Shown here: piece by piece, positions 1 to 17,308 of the stretch
Numbering within the stretch: position 1 is the first letter of the stretch
Layout: each line of letters opens with the position of its first letter
Notes under the pieces: model-generated
Databases searched by the model: none
The model's input: the letters and a program-made list of their open reading frames with translations, nothing else
Told to the model about the DNA's origin: nothing
Translations under genes and position numbers: made by a program
Assembly (NCBI RefSeq): GCF_009914755.1
Contig: NC_060926.1
Source of the DNA: the human T2T-CHM13v2.0 reference genome, Homo sapiens
Direction: 5' to 3' (one strand)
Length of the DNA: 64,000 nucleotides

Positions 1-194
1 CTTTTGCAGGAAGGCCTTCCTGTGTACCACTGCCATCCCATCTTCCACCTCCAAGACACACACTGCAGACTGATTTAAGTAATTCTGTTTGTACTCCCTG
101 CTGGTAATCAATACCTGATAGCCTAATGATTTGTTTACTCATCTGACCCCAAACACTGACTTCTCCCCCACCATCACATTAAAGCTTCTGAAAA

Positions 195-270
195 GCAAGG
201 ACTTTTTTAGTCGTCTTTGGTTCCATGATGCCCAGCACAGTGCCTGGTGCATAGTGTGAGCTCAGTGAAC
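195..270 (+). mobile_element. L2 3'-end relic
   Basis: cccagcacagtgcctggtgcatagtgtgagctcagtgaa resembles the L2 terminus. Confidence 0.55.
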
Positions 271-540
271 GGAGGCAGTTCCTTTGGTTACTATCTGATA
301 TCATCTTACCCAAAGCTTCAGAATAGAATGATACATAAAACCCAAAGTGTTTCTCAACCCAAGGACAGTCTGGCCTCTCTACCTAGAAAGGGGCTTGGAA
401 AGAGATATCCAGAGACATGTTGAAGATGTTTTATAACAGTTTGTATCCAGTTAAGTCTTTGAAAGTAGATTCCAAAGTGAATTCTGAAGGCAGAATCAAA
501 ACTGCCAAAAATATTCAAAATGCTGCTTTTCCTTTCTGGT

Positions 541-911
<371 letters not shown>

Positions 912-2010
912 TAAAAGATATTTGTTTCACTTATTTAGTCACATAGTACCCACAATTTTTATGGTGTTTATTCCAGTTAGAGAATAACGATGTGATTATT
1001 ACATGAAAGTGGCCATTATAATAGTTCAGACTCACAAACACTAGTTATTGGCTTTTACAGAGTGAAGCAAGCCACCAGAACTAAATACCAGGTGCTCAGT
1101 AAACTTCTTGTAATACCTCATTCCTCTTTACAAAAAGCTCATATGACCTTTATGTAGAGAATTTGTTTTCTGTTTAATTTATTTTTTCCATTCTGAAGCA
1201 GATTCATCCATTACAGGAAAGGAGCCAATTATTGGGCTAACACAGTAACACCTAATGACTATACCCTCCGATATTTAGTCTCAAAACATTTTGCATTTCT
1301 TAACAAATAGAATTAAAAATATTTTAACATTGCACTAAAATGGGATTAAATATAATTTAAAGTGTTCAAGGAGGTGGAACACTCAGCCCTATTTCTCAAG
1401 CAGGCTAACTGAAAGGTCATGGGCTTTTTTTGCCTGTTATGTTAACAATAAGCCAGGAAAAGTTTCAGACGTTTGAGAGCCCACCCTAGTAACTTCTTGT
1501 AGGTTTCTGGTTATTTATGATGATTTGGGGTCAGAGCCAGACCTAGACCAGTTTCCTGATGTCATGTATCCTTGTGCCCCACGCCTGCATGACCCATGGC
1601 TGCCTTCAAGCTTCCTTTCTCTGCTTTTTATATTCTTCCCCCATGTCCTTGAGCTTGAATGCTACACCTTTGTGACCAGAGCTGAGGGCCACCATACTAT
1701 CCCTACATAGTGACCCACATGTATACCTTTCTGTGACTCCTGTCACTCCCTAAAGTCTTCATAAGAATAACTTTCATAACTCTAATGCATACTTAAATAT
1801 TTTTAGTGTTTTCTCAATTCTAAGACATTTAGTACATACTTTTTTTCACATTTCGGTGTTCCTGAAATTAGAATTAACTTTAGAGTCTTTTTATTTGTCT
1901 CCTAAAAAAGTGATTACTACATTTTTGGCCAATGCTATGATCAAAAGTATCTTGGAACTGGAGATATGCAATATTAATGTACTTTACTGTAAATAACTAG
2001 TTTTTTCAAG

Positions 2011-2097
2011 AGTCAGAAAATGTTGCCTCTCATGGAGATTTTAGTCATCATGCAGCAGAAAAAGGGTTTTAGGGGTATGAATATATGGATAGTTTAG
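2011..2097 (+). other. Candidate exon (87 nt, phase 1-1) with in-frame TAG
   Basis: ttttttcaag| acceptor, TAG|gtaaaa donor; phase-1 reading SENVASHGDFSHHAAEKGF*GYEYMDSL joins in frame to 6468. Confidence 0.3.
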
Positions 2098-2189
2098 GTA
2101 AAACAAACTAACTAGTTGCTCATTGGTTATCTGGATAAACTGTTGTCCAGATAATTACCTTGGCTTCTTTATACCGTTGCATTTTCTAA

Positions 2190-2593
<404 letters not shown>

Positions 2594-2669
2594 CCTGAGG
2601 CCTAATGTTTCCTAATGTTTGTATTGAACATGAGGCTGGGATTATAAACAGAATTATCTACACAACATT

Positions 2670-2973
2670 CTTTTTGTTTGTTTGTTTTTTCAGACAGTGT
2701 CTTGCTCTGTTGTCCAGACTGGAGTGCAGTGCTGAGATCACAGGTCAATGTAGCCATGACCTCCTGGGCTCAAGGGGTCCTCCCACCTCAGCCTCCTGAG
2801 TAGCTAGGACTATAGGCATGCACTACCATGCCCAACTAATTTTTATTTTTTTTTGTAGAGACAGGGACTTACCATGTTGCACAGGCTGGTCTCAAATTCC
2901 TGGCCTCAAACAATCCTCTCGCCTCAGCCTCCCAAAGTGTTGGGATTATAGGTGTGCGCCACCACTCCTAGCA
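2670..2973 (-). mobile_element. Alu (AluJ-like)
   Basis: Diverged antisense Alu dimer. Confidence 0.92.
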
Positions 2974-3513
2974 CTTTACAAAACATTCTTGATGTGGATG
3001 ACCTGTTATCTCGAATCACCCCTATTGTCTTCCCTGAAAGGATTGTAACTTGATCTCATCTATTCTTGCTAAAGAGATGATGGCTGTTTTGGGGGTAAAA
3101 AGGGGGTACAGTATCAACACAATCATGAATATACATGATTCCTGCTGAGGGTAAAATATTCAGAGATATCTGAGATCCAGATATCTCAGATATGGATCTA
3201 ATATCCAGTAAAAGTATACACTGTTTTTTAAAAATATTTTGGGGAAGACAAATTTAAGTTAAATAAAATTATTATACCGGGAATCCTCACCCAAACATTC
3301 TTAGTTGTTAAAATTAAGAATAAAATGGAAAATCTGAGAATAACATGCATGTCCCTAACATTTGCTGTACCCAGGACAAGAGTTCAAGTAGAGGGCTACA
3401 TACAACAGGTCTAAACCATTAAGATTATAAATGAAGCTAACAAACCATTAAATAAATACGTTCTATCCACCTTCCTTGACAAATTGTCAAGTATACCTTT
3501 ATGATGACAAAAT

Positions 3514-3813
3514 CTTTTTTTTTTTCTTTTGAGACAGAGTCTCACTCTTGTTGCCCAGGCTGGAATGAAGTGGCGCGGTCTTGGCTCACTGCAATGTCCG
3601 CCTCCAGGGTTCAAGCGATTCTCCTGTCTCAGCATCCTGAGTAGCTGGGATTACAGGTACCCACCACCATGCCCAGCTAATTTTTATATTTTTAGTAGAG
3701 ATGGGGTTTTACTATGTTGGCCAGGCTGGTCTTGAACTCCTGACCTCAGGTGATCTGCCTGCCTCGGTCTCCCAAAGTGCTGGGATTATAGGCGTGAGCC
3801 ACTGTGCCCGGTC
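3514..3813 (-). mobile_element. Alu (AluS-like)
   Basis: Antisense Alu dimer with poly(T). Confidence 0.94.
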
Positions 3814-4111
3814 TCAAAATTTTTAAAAATATGTGTAAAGCAATGGTTTTCATATAATTGAAAGTCAGCTAGATAGCAAAAATAATTGGACTTAGTTATT
3901 ATTGTGCATTTGGGTGTTCCATTGATGGACTGGTAATGTTGGATGACAAGATAAATATGCACATAATTCATAAATTATATATTAATTACATAATAAAATG
4001 TATTTTCTTTTTTAGCAAAATAATCATGTTGTTATAATTCAGACTTTCATGTACTTTGTGTTCTGTTGACAATAATAGCAAAATAAACAACTTTTCTTGA
4101 ATCAGTGTACT

Positions 4112-4662
4112 TGAAGGGGATTAGAATATGCCACCAAAAACATGCTACTTTGGCATAAGGATTTATTTTGAGCTGAAGGCAATTAAGAAGCAGCAAACAC
4201 AAAAAGAGTTCTTTGTCCTCCTATCTTCCTAAAATAGGGCATAAATTTCCCTTTGTGAAGGTATTCTCCCTCCCTTTTTCCATACCAGCAGGAGAATAAC
4301 ATCACTGGAGATAGAAAGCACTGAAATGGATCTGCACAAACTTTACTAAAATAACCCTTATCCTCCATTAGTTTCCCCCATATATTTTCCTTCTCACAAT
4401 TAACAGCTCTTAGAAGACAAACCCCTTTTCACAATTTATTACTCTTTGTTAAAATGATATATAAGTCCCAGGTTATAATCACTTCTTTAGGCCTTCACTT
4501 CTTTTCTATGAAGGCCTCCATGCATGTAAAAATTAAACTGTTAACATCAGATGAAGTCTGTATGTCTTTTCTCCTGTTAATCTGCCTTTTGGCAGTTTCA
4601 TTGGCAGTCTCCAGTTACAGAACCTGTGAGGGTAGAGGAGAATATTTTTTTCCTCTTCCATA
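4112..4662 (+). mobile_element. Solo LTR, MER34 family (ERV1)
   Basis: Starts tgaaggggattagaatatgccacc...ggcataaggatttattttgagctg, ends tcctcttccata; 4-bp TSD tact/tgct. Confidence 0.8.
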
Positions 4663-4832
4663 TGCTTCTTAAATTTTTGTTTAACATTTTATTATGGGAA
4701 ATTTCAAACATTCACAAATGTATATAATAGAATATAAAGAACTCCTATGTACTTACCATCCAGCCCCAATAATTATTAACTCATGGTCAATGTTGCTTCA
4801 TTTATATTCCCCAAGTTTCTCTACCCAATTAC

Positions 4833-5142
<310 letters not shown>

Positions 5143-5264
5143 TGAAGTAAATCCTAGATATCGTAATTTTATCTATGAGCATATCAATATACATTTCTAG
5201 CAAAGAAAAACTCTTAAAAATTTTCCTTAATAATATTTTCACATAAAAAAACTACTGAAGCTGG

Positions 5265-5703
<439 letters not shown>

Positions 5704-5737
5704 AATCCTTAATATTAGATGTTTTCAAAATGAATTT

Positions 5738-5852
5738 TTTTTTGAAGTAAAAGCCAGTTTATAAAGAAAGTAAAGAAATAAAAGAATGGCTAATAGACAA
5801 AGTAGCCCCGAGGGCTGCTAGTTGCCAATTTTTATGGTTATTTCTTGATTTA
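5738..5852 (-). mobile_element. Polyadenylated retrocopy of a MER41-type LTR 3' segment
   Basis: Reverse complement matches MER41A atcaagaaataaccataaaaat...cagccctcggggct...; ends in poly(A) just after the poly(A) signal; 11-bp TSD aaaatgaattt at 5727-5737 and 5853-5863. Confidence 0.8.
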
Positions 5853-6467
5853 AAAATGAATTTCAATGGAATTGGAAATATTTTATTCTGTGGAGGCAGT
5901 AGCAACAGGCATTGTTAATAGAATGTCTAAATCAATACTTACATTTGGAAATGAACAATGAATTTTGCATATCATATTCAGACATTGTAATAGGACTGTA
6001 ATAATGATAATTATCATAGAAAATATTATAAATTTTTAATTTTATCACATTAATTCTATTACTTATATTGTGATCTTTTTTTGCCAGCCCTTAAAGCAAT
6101 ATCTATTTATATAGTATTAAGTTGTTCTTTCAATTTTTCCAATGCTGGGATATCATAAAGAAAAAGAGAGAACAATATGTGGTTCAATTTGTTCAAATCT
6201 CTCTTTAGGGAGACTATACTGCTACCTGGAAAGAATAGAAAATAATATGTAAATATAATACATATATACAGATTTGTATGTGAACTTTATAATCATGCAA
6301 TCATTTTTGTTTTCTTGTTTCTATTTTGTGGAATATTTCATTGTATATGCTATATTTAGTATCTTTCAATTTAGAAAAATCATTTTCTTTCAAAATTTAA
6401 AAAGTACTTTACTTTTTAAAAATTGTGCTTTTCTTTTGTTCTTTTATGTTTTTCTTTCATTTCATAG

Positions 6468-6528
6468 AACAGCCAAATGCAATAAAAAGTATTTTAAATG
6501 ATTTAAAAAGCGAACTAGGCAAACTTAG
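6468..6528 (+). other. Candidate coding exon (61 nt) of an unidentified gene
   Basis: Long polypyrimidine tract ending ttcatag|, consensus donor AG|gtaagt, open phase-1 frame EQPNAIKSILNDLKSELGKL. Confidence 0.55.
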
Positions 6529-7089
6529 GTAAGTCTGCATATTTTGTAAGCTTTTGCTAACATTATTAATAGCAAGCAATAGTCCATACCAAATAGCTGT
6601 GGTTAGCCCAAAATCAAAAGTATTTCCCACCATAGACCACAATTCCTTAGTTTTTTTTGAAGATCCTCTATTGTTTCACACAACTGTCCTAGCGCAGCTC
6701 ACTATCTTGTTTAGGTTAAACTAACTGCTCTAACAGCATTTAAATGACATCTCCATTGTTAACCAAGAGTGGCTATGAAATTATGTTTGATATGTGTTTA
6801 AACAAATTGACCTATTTTGAGGCATATATAGAAAATATTATATATAATCACTGAATCACTTCAAAGAATGTCATTGCTATTGTCAGAGTTGAGGCCATGT
6901 CTCCTAGGAACATATTGACAGATATTTAATCAATTTTTGGGCATTTGTGTTTGTGCTATGCAGGGCCTTCTGAAGTACAAGGCTCAGGGCAGGCGTCCCT
7001 CTTGCTGAAGTCCAAGAGTGGCATTGCAGACCAATAATAAATATAAGTATTAATAATACCGTATAATATGCATGTGCTACATTTTTTGA

Positions 7090-7542
<453 letters not shown>

Positions 7543-7545
7543 TTA

Positions 7546-7838
<293 letters not shown>

Positions 7839-8015
7839 CAGGTCTTCCTGTTATACTATGCTATACATAATGCTTCTGAAACAAAGAGACTTAATAGTTG
7901 GACAGGTTGCATCCCAACATTTTTTATTCCTTAAAACCCCTGGGATTTTAGTAGAGAATATAAATATTGGACAATGAATGAAAAGAAAGCCTTATGCTCT
8001 TTCATATCTTTTCAG

Positions 8016-8121
8016 CCCACGTGGGACCAATATATATATTGACCAATGTTTCAGAAACTAGAGATTTATCTTCTTCCAAGCAAAGATTCATTTGAGTAAT
8101 ACAGAATAAATCTTCCAAAAG
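8016..8121 (+). other. Candidate exon
   Basis: ctctttcatatcttttcag| acceptor and AAG|gtgagg donor; in phase with 6528 it reads SPRGTNIYIDQCFRN*. Confidence 0.3.
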
Positions 8122-8534
8122 GTGAGGTTCACATTCTATAACCTACTCATAAGGTACTAAGTACAACTTTGGGAATATAAACAGTATCTTCTAAGATCCA
8201 GAGCTTTTTGGAATGGTTACCTCATAGTTTGATATACTTAGAAGTACGCCTAGAAGTACAAAACATTAGCATGAAAATGAATAGAATCCTCTTTTCTTGC
8301 TGATTCCCCTGTCCAGTTTGCTCAGGCCTACCTCATTGCCTCTACTTTTTGCTCATACAGATTCAAGACTTCAAATGCTTACAAAAGTCCTTTTTGTTCT
8401 CTACTTTTCAGCACCCTTGAATTTAGAATGCGTCTTATAGTCAGTGGCATCTTAGATGACATAGAATATAGCAAACTGTTAATGATGGTTGCCTCTGGGG
8501 AATTCTGTATTGTTTACACCTTCTGCAATAAGAG

Positions 8535-8801
8535 TACTTTGGGAGGCCAAGGCAGGAGAATCACTTCAGCTCAGAAGTTCAAGACCAGCCTGGGCAAAAT
8601 GGTGAAACCCCATCTCTACAACAAATACAAAAACTAGCCAGGTGTGGTGGTGCACACCTGTAGTTCCAGCTACTTGGGAGAATCTCTTGAGCCTGAGAGG
8701 TTGAGTTTGCAGTGAGCTGATTGCGCCACTGCACTTCAGCCTGGGCGACAGAGTGACAGCCTGTCTCAAAGCCAAAAAAAAAAAGAAAAAAAGAAAAAAA
8801 A
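8535..8801 (+). mobile_element. Alu (AluJ-like), 5'-truncated
   Basis: Sense Alu starting at actttgggagg with A tail. Confidence 0.9.
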
Positions 8802-9628
8802 TTTAAATTTGCATTAGTTAATTTTTATTTTAAATAGAAAATAAAAAGAATGCATTACTTTTATAATGAAAACAAATTTAAAAAATTTTTGACACAAAAT
8901 CTTAGGTGGTTTATGTACCTTGTCTCTTAGTACTAAAAGAGTACTGAGACTGTAATAACAGTAATTAATATTTTATGAGGTTTTATATTCATAATGGATT
9001 TTATAAGCCCCTACATGTTAGCAATTGGCATGATACTCAGAGGTAATCTTCACAGCACCTAGCTGTGAATTATCCATGATGGAAACATTCATTAGAGCTC
9101 CTTGGTACTCACCATATTGTGCTGCAACTATTTAGTCAGTTTTCCCTCCAGAGTGAGAGCTCCTTGAAGGCAGGAACTGCCTACTCATTTTTGTGTCCCC
9201 AGGGCCTAACAAAGCCCATCATGTTTGTAAAATAAAGGAATGAATGAAAGACCTGTAGGTACTCAATATTTTTTTAAATGTTATTTCCACTTATGCACTT
9301 TAACAGTTTGCCACTGGAGAGGGCATTTATTCTCTGCTAGGACATGGCTTGTTGGCTTTTCATTTGTATATGATGAATGGATAGGCACAAGCAGGAAATG
9401 TTATTTTTTAAAAATGTCTCTACATTCTCCCCTTGGGCATATTCAGCTTTAGCTTTCTGTTGTCAAATCTGTAAATCTACATAATTTTTATGTAAGGAGG
9501 TAGAGAAAAACCACTTTCTAGTTTGCTACTAAATTAAATATCTTACTGAGACAAATTGTAAATAGGAGAAGTATGAAATTTTTTTTCTTATTATTTAACC
9601 CTGAAGAAGAAATTTTGCCAATGATTTA

Positions 9629-9940
9629 TTTTCTTTTCTTTCTTTCTTTTTTTTTTTTTAGACAGAGCCTCCTTCTATTGCCAAGGCTGGAGTGCACGAT
9701 CTCAGCTCACTGCAACCTCTGCCTCCCAGGTTCAAGCGATTCTGTTTCTCGTGCCTCAGCCTCCTAAGTAGCTAGGACTACAGGCGTGCACCACTATGCC
9801 TGGCTAATTTTTGTATTTTTAGTAGAGACAGGGTTTCACCATGTTGGCCAGGCTGTTCTCAAACTCCTGACCTCAAGTGATCCTCCTGCCTCAGCCTCCC
9901 AAAGTGCTGGGATTACAGGCAGGAACCACAGCACCCAGCT
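9629..9940 (-). mobile_element. Alu (AluS-like)
   Basis: Antisense Alu; TSD tgccaatgattt. Confidence 0.94.
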
Positions 9941-10112
9941 GCCAATGATTTCTTAACTGGACTTTAAACTGTGGTATCATGTTTATGTGATACCATAGAG
10001 GAAGCCTGTTCAAGGGGTATTCTTAGCTCGTAAAGCTCCATAGTAAAGGGTTGAGTATAATTTTTTTAGGATCTGGTACATGAATAAAAATAAAAATACT
10101 TGGCAACACATG

Positions 10113-11093
10113 TAATGGGAGAAAATATTTGCAAATCATCTGTCAGATAATGGATTAATATCCATAATATATAAAGAATACCTACAGCTCAACAACAACA
10201 AAACCAACTCAATTTAAAAATAGGCAAAGGTCTTAATAGAAATTTCTCCAAGAAGAAAAACCGATGGCCAATAAGCACATGAAAAGACATTCAATATTAC
10301 TAATTATTAGAGAAATACAAGTCAAAATTACAATGAGATGCTACTTCACAACTATTAGGATGGTTGTTATTAAAACAAACACAAAATTGAAACCAGAAAA
10401 TAACAAGTGTTGGCAAGAATTTGGAAAAATAGGACACCTTGTGGGATGCACTGATGGGATTGTAAAATGGTGCAACTGTTGTGGAAAAGAGTATGGCAGT
10501 TTCTCAAAAAAATTAATCATGGAATTACCATATGATCCAGAAATTTGACTACTGGGTATGTACCCAAAACAATTGAAAGTAGTGACTTGAACAGATATTG
10601 GTACATCAATGTTCATAGCAGCATTATTCACAATAGTCAAAAGGGGAAAACAATCCAAATATCCATTGACAGATGGATGGACAAAGTATGGTATATATAG
10701 TTAATGGAATATTTTTCAGCCTTAAAGAGAAAGGATATTCTGACATATGCTATAACATGGGTGAACTGTGAAGATATTTTGCTAAGTGAAATAAGCCAGC
10801 CACAAAAGGACAAATATTGTATGAGTCCACTTATATGAAGTACCTAGAGCAGTCAAATTCTTAGAGACAGAAAGTAGAATGGTGGTTTCCAGGGGATAGG
10901 AAGAGGGAGAAATAGGAAGTTATTGTTTAATGAATTTACAGTTTGGGAAGATGAAAAAGCTATAGAGATGGATACTGGTGATGGTTGCACCACAATGTGA
11001 CAGTACTTAATACCACAGGACTGTATGCCTAAAAATGGCTAAAATGGTGAATTTTATGTTAAAAATATTTTGCTACAATAAAAAAGTAAAAAT
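10113..11093 (+). mobile_element. L1MB-type 3' fragment
   Basis: ORF2 C-terminal remnant (ANKHMKR...ELPYDP) followed by L1MB-type 3' UTR. Confidence 0.88.
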
Positions 11094-11094
11094 A

Positions 11095-11610
<516 letters not shown>

Positions 11611-11772
11611 TCTTTTCTCTCAACCTGCCTTTCACAGAAGGGTTCCCGGCCGGTGACAATTGACAAACTTTCACTTGCAAGTGCACATGTAAAACCTGAT
11701 TCCAAAGAATGGTCTTGGAAGGGTTTTCTGGAGAATATGGGCAAAACAACAGGCACAGAAATCATTAACTAG

Positions 11773-12165
<393 letters not shown>

Positions 12166-12202
12166 TAATTCACTATTATAGCTCTAGTTCCTTTATAACA
12201 GT

Positions 12203-12498
12203 GTTTTTTGTTTTTGAGATGGAGTTTTGCTCTTGTTGCCCAGGCTGGATTACAATGGTGCAATCTTGGCTCACTGCAACCTCTGTCTCCTGGGTTCAAG
12301 CAATTCTCTTGCTTCAGCCTACTGAGTAGCTGGGATTACAGGCATGCACCACCATGCCCAGCTAATTTTTGTATTTTTAATAGAGATGGGGTTTCTCCAT
12401 GTTGGTCAGGCTGGTCTCAAACTCTGGACCTCAGATGATCCACCCACCTCGGCCTCCCAAAGTGCTGAGATTACAGGTGTGAGCCACCACACCCGGCC
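12203..12498 (-). mobile_element. Alu (AluSq/Sp-like)
   Basis: Antisense Alu dimer. Confidence 0.94.
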
Positions 12499-13034
12499 AT
12501 TTTTTAACAATATTTAAGGGACAATATTTTGCTGGACTAGAATTTTTATTTTGTCAAACATTCCTCAAAGTTCATTTGCAGGCTGTCAGATGATTCTTGA
12601 GAATGTTTTTATTGTTGTTAAAGAGGGGTTTTATAGCTGCCTTGTAACATAATTTGATCCTTATCCGATAGCCTTTTTGAAAAATAGTTATGATTTAAAA
12701 AATATGGAGACATGAAAAATAACAAAACACGGTTTTATCGTATGACCATGTGTTTGCATTGTTAATTCAGTCCCGTAAAATCTTTCCAGTAAATTAATTA
12801 CAGCTAAGAATCAGAAGGGACCATAAAGCAAAAACTGCAGAGGAGTCACAGCGAGCTGTTCTTTAAAAATGGAATGCTGATTTTTATTTTTAAGTATTCA
12901 GTGAACATTCCTGAAGCACATCCTCAAGAATCTTAATCATATATTGTTGGTGGACTATGAGGTTTTTGTTTTGTGTACTGAAGAATATGTGATATAGAAT
13001 TTTAATATATTCTACTGTTTTCAGGTTATTTTTA

Positions 13035-13442
<408 letters not shown>

Positions 13443-13582
13443 TCAAATACTTCAAAATTTTAATAGTGAGTTTCTTGGAGTATGGAGTTGATTCTCCACT
13501 CCATGTGACCATACTTCTTCTTTTCAGTATTTTCCATATTTTCTAGATGAGTATATCTTACATCTATAATATAATAAAATAC

Positions 13583-13881
<299 letters not shown>

Positions 13882-13948
13882 TTAAAATAATGGCAATTAG
13901 AGGATCATGCAGGCCAGGTCACTGGGCAGGGTTTTGTTTATTTTCTTA

Positions 13949-14305
<357 letters not shown>

Positions 14306-14600
14306 TTAGTCTCCAGCTGTCAAATGAGTAAATATATTATTAATTTCGTTTTATAGAAGAAAAGACTGAGGCTCTATAAAGTTAAGAGCTTGGGCTAAGA
14401 TCACCCAGCCAGTAAGCCACAGAACAACAGTAAACTTAACCTTCGGCCCACTGGTGGAGACACAGTTTAGGGGTGAAAATTGGTAGTTCGTTTTACTGTA
14501 CAACCTATGTCCTGCCTGGTGATTCTGAGCAGGGTAGGAATATTTTAAGCCAAACATCAGTACACCATGATGATCTCTGGTTTAATAAGCTTGCATATAC

Positions 14601-14899
14601 TTTTTTTGGTGGGGGTGGACAGGGTCTCTCTCTGTCACCGAGGCTAGAGTGCAATGGCCTGATCATGGCTCGCTGCAGTCTTGACATCCAGGGCTCAAGC
14701 AGTCTTCTAACCTCAGCCTCCTGAGTAGCTGGGACTACAGGCGTGCACCACCATTCCTAGCTAATTTTTCTATTTTCTGTAGAGATAGGGTTTTGCCATG
14801 TTGCCCGGGCTGGTCTCAAACTCCTGGGCTCAAGCGATCTGCCCTTGCCTCAGCTTCCCAAAGTGTTAGGATTATAGGTGTGAGCCACCGTGCCTGGCC
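14601..14899 (-). mobile_element. Alu (AluJ-like)
   Basis: Antisense Alu dimer. Confidence 0.92.
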
Positions 14900-15303
14900 A
14901 GCTTCAGTATAATGAAAGAAGCTCTTATATCACAGAAACATGATTCATTTGCTCTGAAGTATCTTTCTGTTTAATGATTTAAGATCTTAGTTCATGGGCT
15001 GCAAATGGATCATGCCTGCAACCCCAATGAGTTTCCACACGTTTTGCAAAATTAACATATCAATACATCTCATCATCCATGTGTGCATTTATATAGTACC
15101 TATCACAAGAGATATCTTGCCAATACTTTTGGGGCCCTTCAAGTCATCCTCCATCCCCTTTCAGTGAACGCCCCATTTATCCTCTTCTCTTGTTTAAGTT
15201 ATTGCTACATCCTATGATTGTAGGTCCCAGTTTAGACTATAAATCTCACTTCCTTAAAGTTGTCCTCTAGTTCTCTTTCTATGACACATCAAATTAATAA
15301 TGA

Positions 15304-15913
<610 letters not shown>

Positions 15914-16192
15914 ACTTATCTTCTTTATTGTTTACACAAGATCATAAATTTCATGAGAGCAGGGATTTTCATGTTTTGTTCACTACTATACTCCTAGTAC
16001 CTAGAACAGTACCTGACACAGAGAGTGCAGTAAATATTTTTGGAAAGAGTGAATTAATGAAAACATCTCACTCAAGGGCCTCCTCCATGAAACCTTTCCT
16101 GCAGCACTCAAGCTGAATTACTCCCTCCTTCCTCTGTGCCAGTGAACATCTATTACCGCATTTACTACAGTGAAGATCAATGACTGGTTTGT

Positions 16193-16510
16193 GGCCACAT
16201 GGCGGTAGCTCAGGCCTGTAATCCTAACACTTCCGGAGGCCAAGGCAGGTGGATTGCCTGAGCTCAGGAGTTTGAGACCAGCCTGGGCAACATGGCAAAA
16301 TCCCATCTCTGCTGAAAATACAAAAAGTTAGCTGGGCGTGGTGGTACGTGCCTGTAATCCCAGCTACTTGGGAGACTGAGGCAGGAAAATCGCTTGAACC
16401 CAGGAGTGGAGGTTGCAGTGAGCCGAGATCTCACCACTGCACTCCAGTCTGGGCAACAGAGCAAGACTCTGTCTCAAAAAAACAAAAACAAAAAAAAACA
16501 AAAAAACAAC
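16193..16510 (+). mobile_element. Alu (AluS-like)
   Basis: Sense Alu inside an L2 relic. Confidence 0.93.
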
Positions 16511-16788
16511 TAAACAGATTGGTTTGACATATCTATTTGCCCTTCTAATCTGAACTTGGTTTATTTGGGTATCCCAGTGTCTAGCACAGATCTTGGTACA
16601 TGATAAATACTCATTTAATGTTTCCTAAGTGAATGAATAATTGCTCAACATTAAAAAGTATTTCTATTTTTTAAGAAGATGCTTCTCAGAGATTGATTTA
16701 AACAATAAATGATACTTAAATTGGAATTTGATTGAAAACAACAAAAGCAATCATGCTTGCTTTAGACTGTAAAACCACTGGAGGCAGT

Positions 16789-17099
16789 CTTTTTTGTTTG
16801 TTTCTTTTTCCTTTTTGAGACAAGGTCTTGCTTTGTTACCCAGGCTGGAGTACAGTGGTGTGATCTCGGCTCACTGCAGTCTCGACCTCGTGGGCTCAAG
16901 TGATTCTCCTGCCTCAGCCTCCTGAGTAGCTGGGACCACAAGTGTGCACTACACCATACCCAACTAATTTTTCTGATTTCTAGTAGAGACAAGGTCTCAC
17001 TATGTTGTCCAGGCTGGTCTTGAACTCCTGGGCTCAAGTGATCCCTGCCTTGGCCTCTCAAAGTGCTGTGATTACAGGCATAAGCCATCACACCCAGCC
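16789..17099 (-). mobile_element. Alu (AluJ-like)
   Basis: Antisense Alu dimer. Confidence 0.92.
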
Positions 17100-17196
17100 A
17101 GGCTCTGGGTTTTATTGAGGCTTTAGCACCATTTTCCACATGTCACAGAACATGACAGAGAGTGCGCCTGGTCAGTTACCAAGGTGCAGTGTTTAC

Positions 17197-17308
17197 CTGG
17201 TGGTCTCCCAGCTACACAGCTTGCTTACATCATAAATGAAGACTACTGGTGTGTAGAGAAAATCCCTATTTTTATTTGTTTGTTTTCTATCATGACCTGC
17301 AAGCCCGG
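17197..17308 (-). other. Candidate minus-strand exon
   Basis: Reverse complement: ctttattcttttccacttcaccaattag| ... CCAG|gtaaac in unique DNA. Confidence 0.25.

Noticed and set aside
1203-1250. Splice-acceptor-like site ttttttccattctgaagcag
   Set aside because: No convincing donor or phase-compatible frame
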